From Geosiphon pyriformis uo1 (Eukaryota > Fungi > Glomeromycota): 64,000 bases of DNA. Position 1 is the first letter of the stretch. Every line of letters starts with the position of its first letter. The DNA lies in NCBI GenBank assembly GCA_016748015.1, contig JAAOMT010000328.1, positions 323,779 to 387,778 on the forward strand, given 5' to 3'. Position numbers and translations under genes: made by a program. Positions 54,537 through 64,000 of this stretch are shown here, one piece after another. The notes under the pieces are model-generated. The model was not told where the DNA came from. It worked only from the letters and a program-made list of their open reading frames with translations, and did no database searches.

Positions 54537-55957
54537 CACATCTGTTTCTAACATAAACCAGAATTATTCCAATAACAACATTTAGAAAATTGGTACTATT
54601 AATGTTAGAGGGCTTAATAATCCTAGTAAAGCTAAAAAGGTACTACATTGGGTAATTGAAGAACAATTTGACTTTGTGATTGTTACAGAAACTAAACTGA
54701 CTCTAACCAAAAAAAAGAGTGTATTTTTTGGCTCTGATGAATATCATGCCTTTTGGAAGTTAAGCACAAAGAAACAATTGGGAACTGGGGTTGGTATATT
54801 GGTCAAAAAATGTTAAATACATCATGTAAAAACAATCAAGGAATATTATGGGAGGCTGTTATATTTGGGGTTAAAATTTAGAAATAGAATCAGTGTGCAC
54901 ATAGTAGAACTGTACATGCCTGCTTTTAAATTGTCTACTAAGAAAGCAGTAGCTAAAGAAATCAGAAAACTTTTGGGAGACATTGTACAAAACAAAAAGA
55001 TAATTATAGTTGCAGGCAATTTGAATGAAAATCTGTTATCCAATTCACTTGAAGAAACATATGCTACAAATAAGGCCAAAGCTTGTCCCACTGCTGCAAT
55101 ATTACAACAAATAAATTTAGTAGATACACATAGAGTATATGCAACAAACAATCCAGAGAAGACATGGGCATTAAATAGAGTACAAAGAAGATTGAACTAT
55201 GTGTTTACAAACATTGAAATGTTTGATGTTAATAAATCATTTAGCACTGATCACAAAGCAGTAGTAACAATTATCCGATCTGACAGAATTTTGGCAAGCA
55301 ATAAGAAATCTAGATCTGGGAGAAAAAAGAGTAACACAACTATAATTGATGTTAAAAAAGCATCTGGAATGCAATGAGAAATCTATAAAAAAGAAACTAA
55401 TTGATTGATTAATGAAGCACAAAGAAAATCAGTAGATAACAGCAATGATGATCTAAATCTGATGTGGCTTACAATCAAGATGACTGTATTACGAGCTGCT
55501 GATTGCCTACCAAAGAGGAAAGTAAGAGCCCAATCTGCACACACAAAGAAGGAATGCATGAATCACAAACTTGTTAAGATTGTTGCTGATATAATTAAAC
55601 AAATAAGAGTAAACAATGCAGATATGTATGATAACAATGTTATACAATTGTTGGCTAAATAGAAACAGTTAAAACCTGAAGCAGTTAATACATATCTAAT
55701 AACTCTCCCAAAAGAAAAGCTTATTACAGAATTACTTAGCATCAAGAAAGAATACAAATTAACACTGCATGCTAGGATCAAACTACAACAGCAGAAACAG
55801 ATAGTGGACAATATTATCAAAAAACAACAAAACTTTGATCTAAACAAAGGAGCAATAATCAAAAGCATTCTGAACAAAAAAAAACAAAGAATAGTACTGA
55901 ACCATGTCATTGAAGAAGATGAATTTCATAATAATCCTGATAAAATTAAAAAGCTAG
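54533..55957 (+). pseudogene. LINE ORF2 N-terminus: APE endonuclease
   Basis: RKIGTINVRGLN, VIVTETKL, TGVGILV, IVAGNLN (eroded GDxN), RRLNYVF, STDHKAV. Confidence 0.9.
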
Positions 55958-58900
55958 TGTTATAAATTGGAGTAACAAGCAAAAGAGAACAGAATTGTAA
56001 GATAATGAAAATAATCAAAAGAAATTCAACTTTAAAGAGCAAATTAAATAAGTATGGATTCAATGTGTGAGATCAGTCTCATAAAATATCTTAGTCACTA
56101 TACTTTTCAAAAATAACTGAAAAATCTGAAAGTAGAGGGATAGTCTGTACTGTTAACAAATAATCATGCTTGGTATAATTCTATGCCTCATATTAGTGCT
56201 CTTAGAATTCAATATCAGGTATCAGATGTACTCTTCAGTCACATTTTATTCAATAATCTTCAAATGCTGTAATTATACGTTTCAAGAAAAGGGTAGATAA
56301 AGGCCAACAAATATCTTTTATCCCAAAATGTTTGAATATTTGAAGGTAAGAAAAGGGAAATTAGCAATAAGAGAATGATTGAAATGAAAGTTGTTATTTT
56401 ATTTATTTTATTTTCTTGATTTCTATATGTTTTTCTATAGCTAAGAGATTCATTGCTTATATAGTTATCAAAAGTGGTCAATGATCAAGTCAATGATTAG
56501 ATCAATAATCAGGTCAATAATCAAGTCAATAATCAGGTCAATGGTCAGGTCATTGATCACTTTCTAAAAATAGAGTGGCTAATTTATGTGATATCAATGG
56601 CTAATACATGTAATAATTAATAAGAAGTATAAGTTTTAACTGTAATATTATCCTCTTCAAAGAGATTAAGCTCCAGTGAAATTAAGCTATTTATGATGTA
56701 ATCTAGTTGAAAAGTTTTATCTAACTCAAAGCTAACTAGTTTGTTAAAGTTTTTTGTGGATAAGGTATATAACACTTGTGATAAAATGAGTTTTATATCC
56801 AAGAGACCAAATCTTTGTATTAGAGTTTTGGCTCTTCTAGCAATAGTTAAAACTCTTGAGACATCTAATCATATAATGCCCAAAATTTCTGCCTATATCT
56901 CTGAAGTTGTTTTTTTCATGAGTTTCATATCCTTTATGATTTTACCAAGGTGACCATAGAGTTCTAATTGCCTTCCATATGACAAGTTTTTGTTTATGGA
57001 TAAGATTTTTTGGAGTGTTTTTCCAATTGTGCTGGAAAGTGGAAGTATAGCTGTTGTTATACTTTTTAACAGATATTTATGCATTTTGCTACTTCTAGTA
57101 GTAGTTTTCTTTGGTTTAATAACAGTATGTGTTCCATTGTTGTCAGTTATGGTGGTTTGTTTTCTAATAGTTAAAGTAGCATTTGGATAGTTTTTGATCC
57201 AATACTCATGGAGAGTATAGAAGGCATTTTGAATAGTCAAAGTAGCATTTGGATAGTTTTTGATCCAATATTTATGGAGAGTATAGAAGACATTTTAAAT
57301 GTTTTGATCCAGAAAATAATTGTTCATGTCGATTAAAGATATCTCTATTTTGGGAATGGTATATTTATTTATACTTGATTTTTGCTGATCATTTTGGTCA
57401 GTATTACCACAACAGACAACCAATAAGGTTGTTTATAATATTTTTTGAGTCGTGTACTATGAACAAGATAATCATTGAAGATTGTTCTAAATTGATCTTA
57501 AAGAATATAACAATCATTGTTCAAAACTTTGTTGATTATAAAGGATTCTTTTCACTGGCTAGAAAATTTATCACCATAGACATTGCCTTTGTCTGAATAG
57601 TATTCTAATACCAAATCACCAACACTTAAAAAAAGTGTTTTATAGGTTTTTTTTTCTTAAGCTTTTCTTGAAACTGTTTTATCTTTTTAAAAGCAATTAT
57701 TCATGCTTCTACCAAGAAGTCAAGAATAGTACCAAGTCTTTTTTGCAAAATATCTTTGTAATCTCCTATTGTAATCTTTTTAAAGGGTATTGTCTCAATG
57801 TAAGTTTCTATTGGTAGTGTTGTCATGTGTCTATAGAGCAAATAAAAAGGTTCATAACTTGTTATGTCATGATTCACAGTTTTATAAACAAACAAAGCTG
57901 AAAGCAGTACTTTGTTCTATAAGTTTGTTTCTTCATTGGTTTTGGCTAGGGTTTTACATAGTGTTTTATTGAAACATTCCACTAAGCCATTTGTTTAGAG
58001 GTAATAAGGGGAGGAAAGTTTATGACGTATTCCTATTTTTTTACAAAGTTCTTCAACCAGTGTACTGAGAAAAGCTCTTCTTCTATTAGATAAAAGTTCT
58101 TTGGGACAGCCATAATGGCAAATGATATCTTCATAAATGAAATTGGCTATTGAAACTGCTGTTTGGTCTGGGGTAGCTCTTGTTTCTACTCACTTTGTAA
58201 GATAGTTGGTAGCTGTAATAATATATCTGTTGCTATTAGAAGTTATTGTTAAAGATCCAACAATATCTATACCAATTCTGTCAAATAGTTGACCAACAAA
58301 GATTAGATGAATATTTTCTTTGTGATTGGGTTTGCCTCCTCTTTGGCAGATGTTACAAGTTTTGATGTATTCAGCAATGTCCTTTTCCAAGGTAAGCCAA
58401 TAATAGCAAGTTAAAGTTTTCTGAATTGTTTTTGTTTTTCCAAAGTGTCTAGCTAATGAGTTAGTGTGTATGTTGTATATTACAATTTCTCTTTCTTCAA
58501 ATCTGATAACTCTTAGGGGTGGTTAGGATTTTTTTTGTTTCTTTTATATAATTGGTTCTGGTGGATCAAATAGAAATTTGATTGTTTGTGCAAATGTTTT
58601 CTTTGCTGTCAAGTGTATTCTGATGGATATTGTCCTTTACTCAAAAATTCCATTAAGGCAGAGTAGTTGTTCAAGTCTATTATTGTGTTTGTTTGTGAAA
58701 GAGTTACTAATAATTAAGTTGGTTTGGTTTGAGAGGTTGTACTATCACTGGATGGTAAGTCTAAAGAAAACATCAGCATTTTGATGATTTGCTCCTTTGT
58801 GGTGTTGAATATCATAGTCAAATTCATCCAAGTAGAGTATTCAACAAGTTATTTGTTTGTGTTCCAGCTTTTTTTTATTGTGCAGCCAAACTAAGGCTTG

Positions 58901-59733
58901 ATGATTTGTTACCACTAAGAATTTTGCACTAAGAAAATATTAATCCCAATAGCTAATAGCCCAAACTACTGCTAGACATTCTTGTTCAGTAATTGAATAG
59001 TTCTTTTCTGCTGGTGTAAGGGATCTACTGACATATGTTATGGCATGTTCTCTGCTATTTTCATCTTTTTGTGAAAGAACAGCACCAAGTTTTTAGCCAG
59101 ATATATCAGTGTAGAGGATAAAAGATTGGTCCAGATTAGGTTGCTTGAGAATTGGTTCAGTAACAAGTTTTTTCTTCAGAATTTCAAAAGCTTTTTGTTG
59201 ATGAGTGCTCCAGTAATAATTGACATTTTTTCTGAGTAGCTAATTGAGAGAAAAAACAATTTTAGAGAAATTCTTAATAAATTTGTGATAATAAGAGGCC
59301 AAACCAAAGAAAGAACATAGTTCAGAAACATTTATTGGTTGTCTAATGTTCTGAACTTTTTCAATTTTAGCTGGATTAGGGAAAATTTCATCTTTTGTAA
59401 TAAGATGACCAAAGAACTGGGTGGATTGGTGTCCAAAAAAAGATTTGATTGGGTTGATCTTGAGGCCAGCATTTCTAAGCAGGTCAAAAACCTTCTGTAA
59501 ATATTTAAGATGTTCATTCCAGGTTTTTGAATATACCATTATGTCATTCAAGTAAACCAGAACAAAGTTTTCTTTTACTGATTCAAATACTTTATCCATT
59601 AGACATTGAAAGATGAAAGGAGCATTGGTGAGACCAAAAAGCATGACTGTGAATTCATAGGTGCCATACTTGGTAATAAAGGCAGTTTTTTTTCTGTTTT
59701 TTGAATCTATCTCTACTTGCCAAAATTCAGCAG
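55958..59733 (-). mobile_element. Gypsy A copy 2, 3' half (3' LTR 55958-56647, PPT GAAGAGGATAA, ORF3, IN, RH, RT)
   Basis: Reverse-complement homologue of 33430-37117. Cut at 59733 by a LINE poly(A) tail. Confidence 0.93.
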
Positions 59734-60773
59734 TTTTTTTTTTTTTTTGTTAATGTGTAGCCATACTGGTTTTTTATTAGTTTAGCCACACTTAAAAAAA
59801 GCATGACTTTTTCATAAAGCCAACTCACCCAATAATCTAAATTACAAGATGTGGCTAACCACTAAGTGGTTATGCCTAGTAACATGTTAGTATAATCTGA
59901 AAATTTATGGGATATCACATTATTACACAAAGTACTCCTACCACAAAAAACATTAGTCAGTATATTATTACACTGTGTAAATACTTTACTTATTTTGACT
60001 ATGAGTTTGCTGGTATCTCTACTATTATTTCTTGAAGTGCTATATATATTACAACCACCAGATAGATATTTCTTGACCCTATTATCAATACTTATTGATT
60101 TTTCTCATTCAATTTGCAATTTGCAATATTCTCCCCACAATCTATTTCTTGCTTAAGTAATTGTCCATTTACATATCTTAATTAATATATTATTGTTAGT
60201 TCTTAAGTCTATGTCAGCAAAAACATTAATTCTTCCAAATTGCTTATTGATTAATCTTTTACAAAGCAGATTTATGTTAGATGTTGACATAATGTATTCA
60301 ATAGACAGTATAATTTTCTTATCAGTGTTTAGAGCTTTATGTCCCCCTCTCACAGCTTCTAAAAGACACTATATCCACTTATTTCTTACATTATTAATCA
60401 ATGTCTTGTCCACTTGGATATTCAAAAAGCATTCCCAAAAGTGCTAGTTGGTTTCCACTGCTCTATAACATATTTTGCAAAGATTATTCAGGTATACAAA
60501 AAGCCATCTGTTGTATAGCACCTCTGCTATTGGCAGCATGTTGTGAAATGATTTCATAATAAATGTGCACATTACTGAAAAACCAGCTAAGGTAAAGCCT
60601 GATGACATTTTACCATCCCAGTTCCAAATCTTGGTTGTGTATGACCAGTTTATATCTTGGTCTAAAGATTCTATCATTTCTTGAACTTTGTTGTTGCCTA
60701 TTCAATCCAAAGCCACTTGAAGACTAGTCTGTTTGCTCAGAAAATGTCTAATATTTAGATCCAATTCAACTCC
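59734..60773 (-). mobile_element. LINE 3' end (ORF2 C-terminus, 3' UTR, A15 tail)
   Basis: T15 at 59734-59748. ORF 60444-60677 FIMKSFHNMLP...LCKICYRAVETN is zf-RVT-like. Confidence 0.85.
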
Positions 60774-62930
60774 TTTTTTTTTTTTTTTGTTAACATGTAG
60801 TCATGCTGGTCATTTATTAGTTATGATCACAGTAATGTGGCAGTTTTATAAAGCCAGCTTACCCAATAATACAAAATCACAAGATGCGACTAATTATAAG
60901 TGGAAAGCCCTAACTACATGCTAGTACTATCTTTGCTACTTAATGTATCAAACATATCTAATTCATACATTTTACCCATAATGCTAACAAGCTTATGACT
61001 ATTCTTAACCATACCACTCATCCACTTAGCAGTTTGATAAAGACTGAATTTGATTCTGGAAGGCTAATTTTTCCATAGATACATCATAACATCAAAGATG
61101 TTATCATAAACTGAAAAGTTTTTATCATCATTATTATCATTATTAACATCATTAACCATGTTATCACTATTTGATTCATCTTCCAAGCAGACCCATTCAC
61201 ATATTTTCTCAAAGTGTGTCATTTTTTTTTTATATTACAGTGGCAACAACAGCCAAGTCTTTATTTTGCTTAGCCAATCCATCTACACATTTCTTAACTG
61301 ACACATCCATGGCAGATAGAGTAAACAGCAATTTGGTAACCAATACAACTAGAGCACTGACAGGTTCAACTAAGAATTTTATCAACACAGATAGTTTACT
61401 AAAGTGGGATTCAAGAAAAGCCAATCTAAATTCAATAGCAGTATTGAGAACAGAAGGAACAGCAGGCAACATAAATGTTGCAGTTTTGGGAGGACCACCA
61501 AGATTCAAGTTCATATTAGCAGCAGTAGCACCAGAAAAAACCACAAAAGCAGCAGTCTTAACATAAGATTTAGATCCAACAAATAAAGATTTGAAATTTT
61601 TGGGGCCACCAAAGGTGTTGGAAGAAAGTTTGGGTGGGAGAGGAGACAACTTTTTATAGTCCACAGCCAAATAATTCAAGTCTTAATATCTGTAGTAGTG
61701 GCAACACCCAGAAGTTTTCCACCAAATATGACAACCATGCAAGATACCAGTTTTTAACACAATGACATTTAGAGATTCCAAAGAATCAAAAATAACCACA
61801 GCAAAATGTTGACATCAATAAAATTCAGAGAAGTAAGGAATAAAACATGTATGGCCACCAACTTGGGAGACCAAATCACTTATCTCAAAGACAGTACAGC
61901 TAAATAGAAGATTGACCAACTTAGCTTTGAATGCATCTCTTGTAGAGATAATTTTTTTTTGGTTGGCAATGAAAAAAATCCTAACACTATCTTTTCTGAC
62001 CAATACAGACCAGTTAGAGAGAGCAACAACAGCAAAAGAAATGTTCTTAAAATTAACCACAGCATATTGCCATAAGCCAGCAGACTTCAACTTAACAGAA
62101 GTGACAACACCAAAAACACCAAGAGCAGTTTTGATGTCATCAGAAAAAATACTCAAAGATATGTCATGCAGTACAACTAACAAAGAAGGGGAAGAAACAG
62201 AGGCCACATCAGAAGACCATACAATCTTAAGAGTGGTCAAAAAAATTTCATTACTAATGGCCACTTTGGTGACACCATTTAGACTTTCCTGAGATGCAAA
62301 TTCTATACAAAACAACTTAACAGCATCTTATGAAACTGACTTAAGCCCAATACAACCAGGCAGCAACTAAAACAAGGAACCAAGCAAAGCCATTTTAATC
62401 TTAAATGTAGCACCAAGTACTAGATTAGAGACCACCCAATCAGAGAATCTCTAACGACCATTCACATTCTCCCAAGCACTACTATCAGCAGCACCAGAAA
62501 CTGGGGAAAAGACAGTTGACTCCATTTCTATCTGATCAGCCCAATATTTAAGATCATCTGGATTGATAGACTGTTTTGCTACTGAGATTGGCAATGATCT
62601 GCCAGAGAGTACCATATCAGGCAACACAGCCAGTGGTTGATCTTGGCTCATCTTGGGAGATGTGCTGCTGTTGTTGTCATCCATATCAGGAAAAGAGCTG
62701 GCTGCTGCTGTGGAGATCTTACTAAAAATTTCATTTGGAACCACAAAAGAGTTCGGTGTGACCATAGCAGTTGCAACTACCTGCTACTGTTTTTTGGAAT
62801 TTTTTGCTTTTGCGGCCATTTGTGAAACAGTAGTAGTAGAAGTAATAGTAGGAGTGATAAGAGCAGAAAAGACCAACTTGTTTACTGGTCTGTTATTAAA
62901 AATCTTTGAGTTTTTAGAAGTAGTAGAGAC
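60774..62930 (-). mobile_element. ORF1-only (HAL1-like) element with poly(A) tail, lacking its first ~280 nt in this window
   Basis: T15 at 60774-60788. A single ORF1-like frame (62451-62765, 61815-62315, 61230-61679) ends at ~60915, directly followed by the 3' UTR. Confidence 0.87.
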
Positions 62931-64000
62931 AAAACTCTTTCTTTCCTAATTTTTATGACTGCAATTAGAGCTAAGAGTAAGAAAGTTGCAAACAATACTT
63001 TTCCTATAGTAACTAATAAAGTTTCAACATAAAAGGGTCTTTTGGTTATTGAAGCAGCTAAACAAAACATTCTGGCAACATTTTCTTTAAAAAATAGTAG
63101 TGAAAAGCTGTCTTTAGCAGCTTCTGATTCATTTTCTTCATCTTTGGCTGGTAGTTCTTCTCCAGTCAAAGTTTTTTCCAAAAAACACACTTGGGTTAGT
63201 CCTAGTGTTGTCTTTACCACTTTAAAAAGCCCAAAGATTTTTAATAACAGACCAGTCAACAAGTTGGTTTTTCTTGCTCTTACCACTTCTATTACTACTT
63301 CTACTATTGCTGCTTCACAAATGGCCACAAAAACAAAAAATTCCAAAAAACAGCAGTAGGCAGTTGTAACTGCTATGGTCACACTGAACTTTTTTGTGAT
63401 TCCAAATGAGATCTTCAGTAAGATCTCCACAGCAGCAGCCAGCCCTCTTCCTGATATGGATGGCAACAGCAGCAGCATATCTTCCAAGATGGGCCAAGAT
63501 CAACCACTGGCTGTGTTGCCTGATGTGGTACTCTCTGGTAGATTATTGCCAATCTCAGTAGCAAAACAGTTCATTAATTCAAATGATCTCAAAGATTGGG
63601 CTGATCAGATGGAAATAAAATCAACTGTCTTTTCCCCAGTTTCTGGTGCTGCTGATAGTAGTGCTTGGGAGAATGTGAATGGTCGTTAGAAATTCTCTGG
63701 TTGGGTGGTCTCTAATCTAGTACTTGGTGCTACATTTAAGATTAAAATGGCTTTGCTTGGTTCCTTGTTTTAGTTGCTGCCTGGTTGTATTGGGCTTAAG
63801 TCAGTTTCATAAGATGCTGTTAAGTTGTTTTGTATAGAATTTGCATCTCAGGAAAGTCTAAATGGTGTCACCAAAGTGGCCATTAGTAATGAAATTTTTT
63901 TGACCACTCTTAAGATTGTATGGTCTTCTGATGTGGCCTCTGTTTCTTCCCCTTCTTTGTTAGTTGTACTGCATGACATATCTTTGAGTATTTTTTCTGA
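62931..64000 (+). mobile_element. 5' part of another ORF1-only family copy, in inverted orientation
   Basis: Starts AAAACTCTTTCTTTCCTAATTTTTATGAC, matching the 5' end at 40480-40510(-). Confidence 0.87.

Larger units (their letters stand above)
42025..55957 (+). mobile_element. Autonomous-type LINE, 5' part (5' UTR split by gypsy C; ORF1; APE endonuclease), interrupted at 55957 by a gypsy A LTR
   Basis: A-run then CTTTTTTCTCTC 5' end. The UTR halves are joined across TSD ATGC. ORF1 and ORF2 motifs are listed separately. Confidence 0.82.

Noticed and set aside
62760-63400. Twin-priming 5' inversion of one element
   Set aside because: The two arms overlap by more than 750 bp and the inner parts are about 15% diverged, so they are two copies.

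Overview
Very AT-rich eukaryotic DNA with short GT-AG introns. The gene and TE protein families resemble those of Glomeromycota (Geosiphon-like); this assignment is from recall, not a search. There is one intact host gene at 23170-24794 (+, 3 exons, 499 aa), a secreted or anchored zinc metalloprotease-like protein with the motif HELMHGLGF...SSISH...FLM. It sits in a CpG-retaining island at about 21.7-25.3 kb. Most of the rest is nested, C>T/G>A-eroded transposons, with unclassifiable AT-rich tracts at about 3.9-5.35 kb and 17.9-21.65 kb. The recognisable TEs are three LTR families (A/A2 and C are Ty3/gypsy; B occurs only as solo LTRs; 4-bp TSDs wherever both flanks are visible), APE-type LINEs, ORF1-only poly(A) elements (HAL1-like) and two Tc1/mariner relics. 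Most notable: (1) gypsy families A and C share an unusual layout, gag-PR-(dUTPase)-RT-RH stop / separate integrase ORF / soluble non-env ORF3 that appears homologous between families; (2) ORF1-only elements share their 3' end with the autonomous LINE; (3) one derivative carries a microhomology-mediated, in-frame gag-integrase fusion; (4) one inferred ectopic recombination explains four orphan TE halves; (5) an inverted pair switches from about 85% to 100% identity.
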